From: Lama guanicoe
Lineage: Eukaryota
Direction: 5' to 3'
DNA: 64,000 bases
Assembly: GCA_013239625.1 (NCBI GenBank)
Contig: MU056550.1
Location: 868,001-932,000, forward strand
Part shown: one piece after another, positions 11,461-25,399 of the stretch
Layout of the letters: every line of letters begins with the position of its first letter
Position numbering within the stretch: position 1 is the first letter of the stretch
The notes under the pieces: model-generated
The model's database searches: none
Told to the model about the DNA's origin: nothing
What the model saw: only the letters and a program-made list of their open reading frames with translations
Made by a program: the position numbers and the translations under genes

Positions 11461-14400
11461 GTCTGGGAACTCTGGCGGCAACCAAGAGATACAGTGGTGA
11501 CTAGGAGGAGGAAGGTCCGCTTAGTGGAGAAGTATAGATATTGAGGATGGAAAGCTAGAAGTTGTCGACGGGGAAAAGTCTTGCAATAATGAAAGTCTGA
11601 ATATAGAGGTTGGCTGGCACCCAGCCCTGACAGTGGCGAGGTATTGAGTCTCGGTTCTTTTGAGTGAATTGTGTTGCTTCACACAGCTGTTTCAGGTGGT
11701 CCCCCTATGTTGGGCAGATTCATAGTAGCTGCTCTTACCTACCTTGTATTTAAGATATCACCACCTCCCTTCCATACCTTCATGTTAGCCTCAACTATTG
11801 AAACATCAAACTTTTATTTTGCGTTAAGTATTGGGGAATACATAGAATTTTGCCTGTTCTAGACATTTCTTTACCAACCTTTAACTCCAGCCTAAGAAAA
11901 AAAGCCTAAATGAGTCTTTTGTTGTAAATCTTTTTTTTTCCTTGATTGATTTGCTTTAAGAAGCCCTTTTTCTATTTCAGCAGTTGGAATTGATCACACC
12001 TTTTCAGTTGTACTTCAATCCTGAATTAATCTTTAAACACTTTCAGGTAAGTGGTCCACCATTAATGTTTCAGTTTTTAAAATTGTTTTTCTTTTTAGCA
12101 GGTAATCTGCCATATACTATCTCAAAAAAGAATTCAGTGGGACTGTTTGCTTGTAAGTCTTAATGTGGGGGAAGGGAGGGTGGTGAAAGTACAAAGCAGT
12201 GATTCTGCAGCCTGAAACATCTGAGAGATTCTCAAGCTCCTGATCATGTACCAAATCAGAATCACCAAGGGGAGGAATTAAAAATCTGCATTTTATTTTT
12301 AAAGTTCTCTGCATGGTTTTGATTTGATGTGTACAGTTCCTGTATTTGGGAGTCACTGGTTCAAAGTTAATATTGTAGGTTGGGAAGAGACTGATCGGCT
12401 CTCTGTCCAGGGAGAGTCTCTTATGCCCTTATATTGTCCATCACCTGGATGCTATCACTGTGGTCCAGTTCAGAAACTCAGTTCTCTTAGTGCACTGATC
12501 CATCTTTCAGGGATCAAATATAACTCCAGAAGACTGACATCTAAAACAACATACCAGTTTATTAGATTACAATGAGAGACAGTCCTTTCCAGTAACTAGA
12601 ATGCTAAAAGAGAGATGTCTTTTCCTGTTCTAGGATGATCATATAGGCTATAGTTGGAGTGAGAGAGAAATCCAAAAGCCAGTAATTCTTCCTCTACACC
12701 TTCTATTCCTTCTGTCTCAAATGTGTTCATTGACTTTATAGTCGTTGAACTCCAGCTTGCCGTTCAAGATGCAGCTTTTGTGTACCCTTCTCAGATTCAT
12801 CCTCCTTCATGTCCCTAGGGTCTCTGCAAACACTTATTTTATGTCTCTCACCTCATGCTTACACTGATTTGTATGCTTGTTTCCTCACTAGATTGAGAAC
12901 TCTAAAATCCTGGATGCAATTAGTATGTAGTAAACAATCCTGAATGGTTTGTTCAACTTGAATAGCTACCAATCCTTAAGAATTTAATGATGCATAAAGC
13001 AGTCCTGTGCACCCTTGTTGCTGCATTCTTCTGTCTCTCCTCACATTGCTTTCACTGGGAGCTATAGCTCCATCCAAGCATCCAAGGCTTGGTTTTGCCT
13101 GGGGTTAAACTCTTGATGACACCATGTATCTGCATTGGAATTAGGACTTCTAGGCTTGAGTTCAGAGTCTCCCTGTACACGCTCCCTATAAAGTTGGGCA
13201 GGCAACTTTAAAATTATCCAAATCTCTTAGCTTCCTCATACATCAAATGGGGGTAGGAGTGCCAGCCTGCTCATCTCACAGGATAATTAAGATCACATGA
13301 GATAACAGAATATGATAAAACACTGTAAATGTTAAGTGTGCTGCCATTGTTGAGTAGTCATTTTTATTGCAGGTGTGGATGGGTTGGTTGGAGAAAAATC
13401 TGTCAGGGTTTCCAATATGAAAATGAGTGTCTGTGTGTCTACCAGTTAGACTCTAATTATTAGGGCATTAGGTCTTTACTTGTAGGGAGTTGGCTATTTG
13501 TTCAGACAAGAATTTGAGTATTTGCTTTAGAGTTACTCTTTACTCTGGGTGTTTCTGCCTGCCTAATATAGAAACATTTCTTAGCAATTGATATTAGATC
13601 CCTGCAGTTTTTCTCTGGTGTCTGGAGACTAGTCATTAAATTGTGATACTACATATATGAAAGCAGTTTCCTATTCTGCAGATGAACCTGGTCTTTCCAG
13701 CAAACTTTGCCCATAATTTGCCTGACCATATGGTATGGGTTTAAAAAAAAACAAAACACAATTTCAAGCATTCTGTCCTATTATCCTTAGAAATTTCAGA
13801 GGCCGAGTGATATCTTTCAGACTTTCACCTAGAAGCAACACAAAGCTCAGTGTCAGATTGTGTGCCCCCCACTTTTGGGTTCAGAACTTAGTATCACCTA
13901 TCCATGGCCTTTCAACCATTGTAGTCATGGGATGTGGTTGTCTTAATATGGAAATGTTTCTTGGTATATTTTACTTAATCTGTCTTTCTGTTGATTTTTT
14001 TTTTCTTTTAACAGATATGGAGGCTAATCACCAATTTCTTATTTTTTGGGCCAGTTGGATTCAATTTTTTATTTAACATGATTTTTCTGTATCCTTTACT
14101 AAGTGGGATTAGCATAAAAACTTTAGATTTACTTAGGAAATACAGTAGTAAGTTTGAAACTAACTAACCTGTTATTTTTGTTACTGTCATGGCTGTAACT
14201 TCTCCTGTGTACTGGCTCAGTGGTACACAGAGTAGTTGATCAGATAGTAATGTTTTGAGGGTGTTTGTAGGTCTCTGTTTATTCAAATGGGAGGTATTTA
14301 ACCATAAAATGATTACATTTCTGCCCACAAGCCACTTACAGATCTGACCAAGGGAGAACAGAAGTGATTTGGTGGAGAGGTTCTTACAGAATAACACCAG

Positions 14401-17400
14401 CAGGTACCAAGTGAAAAACACAACCTGGAAGTGAGTTCATGAAGGATAGAGAACTTGAGATCTCTTCGGATCTCAGTTGCTGGTTCTCCTGGCTGCAAAG
14501 ACAGTGCTATGTCTGCCAGGCTCACCACGTTCCAGTTTGTTGAAAAAGAGGAAGAGTTGTGCTCTGGTCAAATGGTAATTGGGGTCTCTGAACAGAGCAT
14601 TTCTCCTGCACCCTGAATCTCTGTATTAAGAGGAGAGTTACACCTCATCTCATCTCAGTAGACAGATGGCCTCTTAGGGGTGACAGGATTCCTGTCCTAG
14701 GATGGATTCCTATGTATGGTATATCATTCTGGTAAGTTTCTAATAAATTTTTTCATTGTAATGCATCCTATTGACTGAGGTATAGAAATGTGTAATTACT
14801 TGGCCTGAAAAAGCAGATTATCCCACAGTGCTTCTTGATGGGGATTTCCTCCATGTTAGGTTGTGTAAAAGCAAGGATGATGTAGATTAGGGTGTGCCTG
14901 ATCATGGGAAAGACAGCACAGATTTGAAAAGGTGTAGTCGGTGACTGGAAGCATGTGTATGCAACATCTGGCTTGGTTCTGCAATCAGGAACAGTTTTTG
15001 TAAAGTTTGGAGCTGGTCTTCTCTTCACCTTGCCTAAAATGCCTGGTAAAAGAGAAGTTACCTTACTACCTCTCATAAACATTCTTATGGAAGCGAAGGC
15101 TTGACTTCTTATAGACAATGTGGAGTCCCAGTATACTTTTGTGATACATTAAATTTTACTTTTTTAATATTTGTATNNNNNNNNNNNNNNNNNNNNNNNN
15201 NNNNNNNNNNNNNNNNNNNNNNNNNNNNNNNNNNNNNNNNNNNNNNNNNNNNNNNNNNNNNNNNNNNNNNNNNNNNNNNNNNNNNNNNNNNNNNNNNNNN
15301 NNNNNNNNNNNNNNNNNNNNNNNNTACAGGAAAATATTAAAGAACACCCTCTCTCTTTCTAAAGCTTTTCGTCTGCCTCCTGAAATTCACTAGATACTCT
15401 GAACAGACAGATAAATGCAGGACCCCTCGATTTTAGCTTCAGGCGCCCACTGTTTATTTTATAGCACACTCTGTGTGACAGCTTTCTAAGCCTAGAGGTT
15501 GGACAGGATGCTCTTCCGCTGTGAGCAAGTCAGAGGAACTTTTAACCCAGGTGGGTTGCTATTAAGTATCTAAGATAAATTCTCATTGATGAGTGTACTT
15601 TACTTTTAAGCTAAGTTGGTAAGACATTTATTTGGTCACCATCAAAATGGATAAATCACTTCGAAAAAGACAAAGAATTGTCATCTGAGTACCAGACTTG
15701 AATGTAGCCCTGTCTGACAAGATGGTTTTGCTCCAGCTGGCTTTTACTCACCTGTGTGAAGGTGCTTGTGGTGAGTGAGCTTTCATGTAATTCCTGACCG
15801 AGGAATGAACACATATTCCAAAGAGGCAAGAACCTCATGAAAGCAGAATATCAGTTTGAAGTAGCAACAGTCCAGATGATGTGGCCTCAGCAGGCTTTTG
15901 CCTGATGGCTCTGGGTAATTATCTGGGGGCTTTTATTCTTCTGAAGAGGTAACTATTGCTCGCCTTTCCCAATTCAAACATGTGTTAGAACACAGTCCTT
16001 AGTTCTCTTGCCCAGTCTGCCCTATTACACTTTTAATGTTGCTGTTTTCCTTAATGCCAACTGCTAGCTTTTTGGTTTGTTTGTGAGCTTAGTTTTCTTG
16101 GGCCAGGCCTTTACAATAATGCTTGTCTACGTGTGGAGCCGAAGGAACCCATATGTCCGCATGAACTTCTTCGGCCTTCTCAATTTCCAGGCCCCCTTTC
16201 TACCCTGGGTGCTCATGGGCTTTTCCTTGTTGTTGGGGAACTCAATCATTGTGGACCTCTTGGGTAAGATCCTTATCACTACTTTTCTGTTTTACTTGCA
16301 AATGTATTTTGTCACTATTTTTCATGTTTACTCTGTCTGGCCTTCATATATAGCTGTTAATAGAATTATTTGATAGTTGTATGCTCGAAGGCTACAAGAT
16401 TAGTTTTCAAGTTTTGAATAACTATATTGACCTTTCTTGCTAAATATGAGGAATTTTTGTCAGTAGATCCACCTGCCATCGAAATTTTACTCCTCTCCCT
16501 CATCCTTTATTTCTGGTTGACTCTAGGTATTGCGGTTGGACACATATATTTTTTCTTGGAAGATGTATTTCCCAATCAGCCTGGTGGAATAAGAATTCTG
16601 AAAACACCATCTATTCTGTGAGTATTTGACACCAGGTTGCATGTTCCTTACAGATAAACTGGGGCAGGGTCCGTGGTCTGTTTTCTCTGGGCTCCCAAAG
16701 CTGCTGGCATGCAGAGTTCATGCCGGTAAATATTTGCAGATTGAGCAATCTGGCATTTGGATCACGCAGGAACAGACAGCTGTGGCAGGAGCAAGGTAAA
16801 CAGGCTCAGGATGTCCCGAGGGTGACTTGGTAATTGCCGTCCCGGATGACAAGCAGCACCTCCTGTCCCAGGGACGAGCCTACTAGCTTCGTGAAGGCTG
16901 CTGTCTGTGTTTAGAGGGATGTAATAGCAAAATGGGCAAAACGACTAGAAGGAAGTTTCTAATGGTGGAATTTCTGGTCTTCCAGATAGGCGGTAGAGAT
17001 AAGCAGTGAAGTAAAGTGGAAACGGCTTTGGACTGGAAGCCAAGTAAAGACTGTTTGTTCTACCAGCCAGCCGTGGGATTTTTAAGCAAGCCCCTTTTTT
17101 GCACTTTTTTCCTGAGGATAGAGCTTTGATTTATAGGACATCTTTCTTTGCCGTAATTGTGTGTCCTTTGGATATACTGCATTAAAAAATGTTCACTTTA
17201 GGAATAAAATGGGAGTTTTTATTGTAAAATGTTGGTTGTAGAATAGCTCAGCAAAAAGAAGAAAGTAAAATCCTCTGTAATCCTACCTCTTGCTATAACT
17301 TTTTGATATGTATTCATCAGTCTTTTACTGTCTGTGTACTTTTTAAAAAATGCTATTCCATAACCTCCTTTTAAATGTAATGTATCACGATCACTTCTCC

Positions 17401-20128
17401 ATCATAAATGTCCTACAAAATTGTAACAGCTACATAATGCCCCCTGGTGTGAAGGGAGCATGATTTATGAGTCCCTTATTCCTGGACACTGACATCCTTT
17501 TTGCTCTTCCTCCCATGGTTGGAGTGGTGAACATCCTTGTGGCTACACATCCGTATATATAGCACGTGGAGCGCATCCTTCGCACACATCCGTGATGATT
17601 TTCAAAGGATAAATTCCTACAAGTGGAATTGCTGTTTGGCTTCTTGCCAAACCACCATCCAGAGTGGACCTTCAGGTTTATGTTTCCACCAGCAATGTAT
17701 AAGTGTCCATTTCCCCAAATCTTCAGCAAATGTGGGAGGTGTTGTGTTCACCCTTTCCTGGTTTGATAGCTGTAAGGTGGTGTCTCATGGTTCCTATGAC
17801 TTTTCTTTTCGAAAATTTCGAAACGGTTTCAGATTTACAGAAACTTACAGAACAGTACAGAGGACTTTTTCCCTCCTCAGGTATCTGAAAGTAAATTGTC
17901 AATCTAATGCCCGATGACGCCCTTTAATGTGTATTTTTTGTAAACAAGGGCATTCTTCTACGTAGGCAAAATCTGGAAGTAAACACTAATCCTGAGACCC
18001 ATTTCCACTTCGGGCAGCTGTCCTGATCAAGTTCGCTATAGCAGAAGAGTCCGGTTCAGGTCCATGTGTTGCATTTTGTGATCATGTCTCTTTAGTCGCC
18101 TTCAGTTTGGAGCAGCTCCTCAGCCTTACCTTGACTTTGATGACACTGACATTTTTGAAGAGTATAAGCCCATTTTGTAGAATGCCTCAGGTTGGGTTTG
18201 TCTGACGTTCCCTCACATTTAGGTTCATGTTTTGCAGCTGCGGCAGGAATAGCTGAGAAGTGATGCTGTGGTCTTCTCATTGCAGCCCACTGGCACAGGA
18301 TTTCAGTTTGCTGAATTTGCCAAAGTGGTGATAATCACTTTTGATTATTTAATTAAGATATCTGCGGGGCTTCTCCACCACAAAGTCACTTTTTTTCTTT
18401 TGTAATTAAGTGTTTTGTGGGGAGGTATTTTGAGACAATGTAAACGTCTCTTTTCTTATCAAATTTCAATTCATTTATATCTGCGTGAATCCATGATTTC
18501 ATGTTTTATTCATGGATTATCCCTTGTCATCATTGTTTATTTTGATGCTTATATTGTCCCAGACTTGGCCAAGGGGTGCCGCTTCAAACTGGCTTCTAAG
18601 TACTTTTCAACATGCTCCCATTTTTTTTTTCCTTAACTAGTTTATTACTTTTTAGCCCAACAAGATATCCCAGGCTCATCTTGTGCTCTCCTTGACCAGT
18701 CCTAGAATCAGCTGTTTCTTAAAGGAGACCTAGTTCCTTTTTAGTGGAGAATGGTATTTAGAACCCAAGGTCTGGGTGCCAGATGTGCTCATTTCTTTTG
18801 AAGTATTGCTGCTCCCAAGTCCTCTCAGTGAACAGGGCAAGGGAACTATATGTAGGCATATGAGTGTAGATACATCTATATTTTTGGTTCTTTGTATTTT
18901 TAAAACATGGGTTTATACTGATACTCCCAGTTCTGGTACAACTCCACATGATTCATTCTAGTTTTTTTCCTTTCTGTATTTTTTCCTCCAATATTTTATT
19001 ATAAAAATTTCCAAATTTACAGAAAAGTAGGACAAAATTATACAGTCACATTTAGCCACCACAGAGATGCTATTCTACAGTTCATATTTTGCTATTCTTG
19101 CTTTTTTGTGCATCTTAGCTGTCACTCCATCCATTTTTGCATTCCAGTATACTTAATTCTCTGAATATTTTAGTGTGTGTATATATATATCATTAACTAG
19201 AGTTTTTATTTATATGCAACAAAATAAACAAATCTCAAGTGTGTCAACTAATGGATTTTCATAAGTGCACACGCCTATGTAATCCAACCTCTTACCAAGA
19301 TAAAGAAAATTACCGTCACCTAGAAAGTTCCCTCAAGTCACTTCCCTGGTAATCCTTGCTCACTGTTCAGTGGCATTAAGTACATTCATATTGTGCTTCT
19401 GTCGCCGCCGTCTCTCCGTAGACCTCTATATATCACAGAACTGAAACTGTACGTCATATGATTGGAAAGATACAGTACTTGTCCTTTTATGACTGGCTGA
19501 TTTCACTTAACGTAGTATCTTCAAGATTCATCTGTGTTATAGCATGTGTCAGAATTTCCTTTCTTTTTAAGGCTGACTAATATTTTGTTTATCCATTCAT
19601 CTGTCAATGGATGTTGGATGATACCTTAGTTGTAGGGAGACATTCATGATAGATTTAGTGAAAGTCGGGTTACAAAACAGAAGTACTGTGATCTAACATT
19701 TGTGAAATTACATGTATAAAAGTTCCGAAAGCATAATGAAAACATCAACATAATTACCTCTAGGGAGTCAGGATGTTTTTGCTCATATGTATTTCCTGTT
19801 TTCTCTACAATTAACATACTTTGCTTTTGTAGTAAAGATTAGTAAAGGAGGTAAAAGTTGATGTAAATGTGAAATAATTATGAATGCCTTTGAAATATGT
19901 TAACTGTTTCATTGGTAGGCAGATATAATGCTTGCAGTTGGTAGAAACCCTATGGGACCATTTTGACCTTGGAGGACTGAGGACCTAAGGTGACTGAACT
20001 ATATTTGTTGCCTGTCTTTTAGGAAGGCTATTTTTGATACACCAGAGGAAGATCCAAATTACAATCCACTCCCTGAAGAGCGGCCAGGAGGCTTCGCCTG
20101 GGGCGAGGGCCAGCGCCTCGGCGGTTAA
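11077..20128 (+). CDS. DERL2: Derlin-2 (ERAD), 239 aa expected: join(11077..11169,11981..12046,14015..14088,[exon 4, ~94 nt, expected in gap 15177..15324],16068..16263,16527..16617,20023..20128)
   Basis: Exons translate [20 protein letters not shown]...[47 protein letters not shown]...[15 protein letters not shown]...[12 protein letters not shown]. Phases are consistent if a 94-nt exon (YRYCRMLEEGSF...) is missing. AATAAA at 20512-20517. Confidence 0.95.
15177..15324. other. N gap (148 nt), expected position of DERL2 exon 4
   Basis: Run of N; exon 4 is not found elsewhere between exons 3 and 5. Confidence 0.9.
17280..19625 (-). mobile_element. Cluster of old nested L1 fragments in DERL2 intron 6
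   Basis: Multiple antisense L1 3'-UTR/ORF2 motifs (e.g. tttcacttaacgtagtatcttcaagattcatctgtgtt, atccattcatctgtcaatgga). Confidence 0.6.
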
Positions 20129-23100
20129 GGCAGCGGTGCCAATAATGAGACCCAGCCGGGAAGGACTCAGTGACATACCCCTCGGGATTCTTTTATCCTT
20201 TGTGTTGCAAAAGTGTGGACACTTTTGACAGCTTGACAAGATTTTAACTCCAGAAGCACTTTATGGAATGGCACGTTGATGGATACAGAAGACATTTCCA
20301 GCCTCCTGCCAGTGGTTCCTCACTACGCTGGTACTGAAAGTGTAATCTCTCGGAGCCAAGAAACTGGAGAAACAAAGACCCTGCGCCTCTAAGGAGCGAG
20401 TACCCGAGTACCCGAGTTCTGTGGTGACGGGCAGAGTTTTTTCCTCCTCCTCCTCCTCCTCCTCTTTGATAGATGAGGCCGTGGTGTAAATGGAAGTTTC
20501 AGAGAGGACAAAATAAAACTGAATTCCATCTCTCTCTCACTGAATTAACGCTTTTGTGTGTGATCTTTTAAATTATCACAGTGTCTCCTAGCTCTCCTGC
20601 ATAGGTCCGAGCTCAGAGTCGTTTCCATGCCCACTGTTCCCGTGTCTTCACAGCTTTCGACTGGATTTCATTTCAAGACTAGAAACACGTGGCTGACACA
20701 CTGTGGCTGTACACGCATCTTCCTAGCAGAATGCCAGCTCCAGCAGGAAGAGGATTTGCTTCTGTTGTCCAGATGGTTTGTTCTCCGTCTGGGTTTTACA
20801 AAACTTCAAGTTGTCAGACAACGCCGGAAAAAGAGGGTAGGGTGGCTCCAGTAACAATAGGAATCCGGCTGTAGGAGAGTCAGGCGCGAAGCTACTATGG
20901 CTTCTCATTTATTAACTCTGCTTTCATTTCTCCGTTCAGAAACATCCAGGGAAAGGCAGATAATGGCCACCATTTTGGAAAAGAACAGAAAGATCTTTTT
21001 CACACCAGGAAGACAAGTTAGAATGTTGATTTTGGAGCCAGAGGAACAGGTACCAGTTAGGCAGGAATACATTTCTCCTGGGTCTTTGGCTGGTGAACAT
21101 GTATCATCTGCTTCATGAAAAGCCAAGGAGCTTTCAGGGCCAAGTACCTGGTTTACCTTCCCAATCAGGTAGAAATCGGACAAGGGCCACAGAAGTTGGC
21201 ACTTAACACCAGTGGTTCACTAAGTACCTACCCAAAATACTCACCCTTCTGGGGCTGAGAAGGTTTTCAATAACACTGCCTAAATAATTCAGAGAACCCA
21301 GAGGAATAGAATGGACACCCCAAAGAAAGGGATTAATTCACATCGTTTTAATAGACAGTATGTAGGCACAGGAACATTCCCCAAGTAGTTTCAGCTTGGC
21401 TAAGTGGTTGCTTTCTAGAATGTGAGATTTTCCTTAGAAAGATGAACATGAGGTTTAGATTAACATAATCAGCATCCTAAATGGGAATTTTCAGATTGTT
21501 TGTGAAGTGAAAAGTTTTTTAATATCTTTAAATCTAAATGGGATATATGTAAGTAATGGAATTTAACGGAAGTACTTTATACGCTGCTTGTCAGTAACTT
21601 TGAATTTGATTAATTGTTGGAATTTTATGGAACATGGGTTAATGGGACTGCTGCTTTTCTGGTAAGTGGTTTTAAAAAAAATCTTTAAACAGCCAATCTT
21701 GAATGTATTATCCTTTCGGGATTTTAAAATGTTGTCTTTGTTCAAGAAAGCTTGAATTTAATTAGATGGATTTTTTTTTGTTTGGGGGCTAGAAATTGGT
21801 TTTATTTGTTCTAGTATCTAGTTTTATTTGTTCTCCCTTAGTTAACTTTGAGTTATCCAATTCATGGAATTTTTGTGGTAAAATTTTAATCCTAGAATCC
21901 AATCACTGACTGTTCATTTAAGTGGGGGATGTCTGAACATACTATTGACTGGGTAAAACAGGGAACAAAATTTGAATTTATGGCCTAAACGCAGTCAGTT
22001 ACGGGATTTGGGTTGCTCTGCTTTTATGGGATGAGAATTCCGAGTGGCAGGGTTCCATGCTATGCTACCACACTGTGTCCTGGGCAGTGGTCCTTTCAAG
22101 CACTGACCTCTTAATCTGTGCGGCCAGTCCCGCTGCCACCATCCCTGGCCCTGTGTTGCTCAACAAGAAAGCTAGGCTCACCTGGACATAAGGAAAAGTC
22201 CTCACTTCTTCCCCAGCTTACCTCTCAATCTTGGTTCTTCCAGAACACTTTCTTTTTCTTAACACAAGTCAACTGAAAAGTAGGATTTGATACATGGAGT
22301 TTTGTGACCAGTTTATCTGACATACATAGAATCTAAGGGATTCCTGGATTCTACCAGTAATACTGAAAAGCACACCTGATAAGGCATAGCTTTTTTGTTG
22401 TAGAAATACAGAATATGTTCATTAAAAAAAATGGACGTGCAAATTGCATCTCCGTGGGAGATATACTTTATACATTTGGGTGTGTATTTTTCACTATGGA
22501 TTTCTCTTTGTTTCTCTCTTCCACTCGTTCTTTTTCTGTGTCACTCTTGTATGTCCTAGTATGCCTCATACCTCTTGTATAGCCTCTCTAGGCAGAGAGC
22601 AGCCAAGTCCTTCATCTGGGTGATAAAACCCTCGCTCTGTCTCTGGGGCCTATGAAAATTGGGAAATATTGGAACTATTGGCAAGTTGGGTAAAGGGTTG
22701 CCTCAGATTGTCACCCATCCTTGGTAGCCCGCATTTTACATTGTGGCTGTGTTTTCCTTTGACAGGTAAGTGCCATCTGTGTTGCTAGTCATCACGGTAC
22801 TGCCATTGTTTTCAGTCTTCCGTAGGGTGTCACCTAAGCTGCTTACATACTTTACAAGTTTGCATTCAGTTTGTTGACTGTTGTATAAGCAAATCACTTC
22901 TCCGCTCAGAAATCCACAGTAAGTTCTTAGGAAGCCCCAATATCAAATGCATACTTTTTGTCTTCCTCTGAACCTTACTCCTACTTCTACTGAACAGGGA
23001 CTTCAGTTTAATTCTCTTCTGTCCTTCAAGGCCTGGCCCCATTCCTGGCTCCTCAAGAGACCTTGACTGTAAGGCCTATTTCATTGTCTATCTTCTTTGA

Positions 23101-23189
23101 ATCCCTATAACACTGCAAGGCTGTACAACATCCTCCTGCACCAAATTATATATTGTCTTGTATTGTTCCTAGCTTGTTCATGTATATCA

Positions 23190-23312
23190 GTCTTGTCTCC
23201 CTCATGAGAATGTAAGCTCCTTAAGAGCAGGGACCATGTCTTAAATTTTTGTATCCACCACAGTGCCTGGCACAGTGCTTGGCACATGGGTGCTGAATAA
23301 ATACTTTGTTTA
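23190..23312 (+). mobile_element. L2 3' end
   Basis: gaatgtaagctccttaagagcagggacc...cagtgcctggcacagtgcttggcacatgggtgctgaataaatac. Confidence 0.7.
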
Positions 23313-24187
23313 TTGCTCAGCAAACTTATCTGGTATTTTTCATTATAAAGGGATTCATGTATGCGCATGCAAGCTTGTTCCTAGTTGTTAAGGATTATGA
23401 CTGTCTCACAGTGGGATGGAGCAAAACTGAACACGATCGAGGGCAGGGGTGATCAGACAAGCCAGCCAGTAACAATGACACCAGATGGCACGGTCATGGT
23501 AAGGACAGATAGTTAAGTCCACAGACCATTGCAGAATGGTTAAAAATGAGGTATGTCTGACAACTCGCCTTTTGGAAGAAAAGCCCTGATATTCCTTGAA
23601 TAGCTGTTAGCTTCTAGTCATGTGTATATGTAAGCCACTTAACCACAAGCGACTTCTTTTGGAGGGACAGCAGATTTCAGGCTACAAATATGAGGAATGG
23701 GGGCTGGGGTGATGCATGTAATACTGCTTAATACTGATGTAGGATTTTATTTTTCAACTCTGTTTCACTTGACTTTGAGGCTGCAGAACAGCTGGGTCAT
23801 TGCCAGAGATTATGAATGAATTACCAATGCAGGTGGTTTATTTTGCCTGTACCACTTAAAAAAAAATTAAGCCAACATTTAAAATGGACAGGTTTCACAT
23901 GAAAATCTTCAGTTTGGGGGCTTTTCTTGAAAAAAAATTAGAAGATCTGGCAATAAGAGGCCTGTGTGGCAGCTATTGCCTAGAGATGACCAGTGGCTGT
24001 TTCTAGAGACGGCATGTGCTCCATCAAGAGACTATTTCACTCATTTATATTATCCACCTGGGACTCTTATTGTTTGGAGCATATGTCTCCTCCATCAGGT
24101 TACTCTGGAAAGCACACTGGGAAGAAGGACTGAGGTCTGTCTTTTAAGTACTCAAGGTTTATAATTTGAGCAGTAACATTTAGATAT

Positions 24188-24527
24188 TGCTATGGTCTGA
24201 ATGTTTTGTGTCCCCACCCCCCACTCCCCCCAAAAATTCATGCTGAAATCTTAATGCTTAATCCGATGGTTTTAGGAGGTGACTGAGTCATGAGGTGGAA
24301 ACCTCATGAATGGGGTCAACGCCTTATAAAAAAGCTCCAGAGAGATTCCTAGCCCCTTTCATCATATGAGGACAAAGCAATAAGTTATCAGCGTTGAACC
24401 AGGAAGGGGACCCTCGCCAGAAGGCAACCATGCTGGCACCTCCAGAACTGTGAGCAATAAATGTCTGTTGTTGATAAGTCACCCAGTCAATGGTATTCTC
24501 TTACAACAGCCTGAACAGACCAAGACA
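24188..24527 (+). mobile_element. MLT1A-like MaLR solo LTR
   Basis: Starts TGCTATGGTCTGAATG; internal AATAAATGTCTGTTG; ends CTGAACAGACCAAGACA (TG...CA termini). Confidence 0.85.
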
Positions 24528-25399
24528 ATTATTTTCCCTTCTAAGTCTGTGTTGCCTTTCTAAATCAATATTTAGGGGCATGAAGTGAAATTTTGTCAAT
24601 TTACTCTTAAATACCTATCTGCTATTAGTTCAACATGCACATTTTCAGTAACTCATGGTCACTTATACTATTAGCAACTAAAGGAAAATAACCTCTGACC
24701 TACAGGAAAGGGGAAGGATGATTTTTACCATGTTCACAATAGGGAACTCATGGAAATTAACTGCAGAAGATGCCCAAATATCCTTCACATGGATTGAAGC
24801 TTATGATGGATGAATTCTCTGGAAATCCCTTTTCCTGTATGCAGTGCAAACAGCTGCTTGTCAGTCTTTCTGTGGAAAATTAGCAAATCATCTAAGAGCT
24901 TTGAATTTAGGAAGGGTAGGAAAAACTAATTATAGCCTATTTTCCGGGTAGAATTCTGAATCTTTTCATTGATTGACATGAGCTGGGAGTCCTGTAAAGA
25001 ACTTGAGAGTCTGGCAGGAATAGTTGAGGAAAGGAAGGGTAAAAGACAATTTTAGTTTCATTAGACTCCCTCTTTCCCTGCTTGTATTACAGGAGCAGAG
25101 CACGTCCATCGGGATAGTCACTTTCTTAGAAGAATGTATGATTGTCATTGAATATGTTATATCTCTTCTGTAACACAGGATGATCACTAGTATCATTTTC
25201 AATAATCGGATTTTGCGACATCCGAATGACTACGTAATCTCAGAGGCTCAGTTTCTTCATCTGTAAGTTGGGGGTGATATCAGTATCTACTACCCAACAT
25301 CAGTTGTTTAGAAGATTAAATCATGCAAATTATTGTGTGTTCTTCATTAATTTTACAAAATTACTTTTCTTGAAGAGCTAATATTATTGCGGACAGTGA

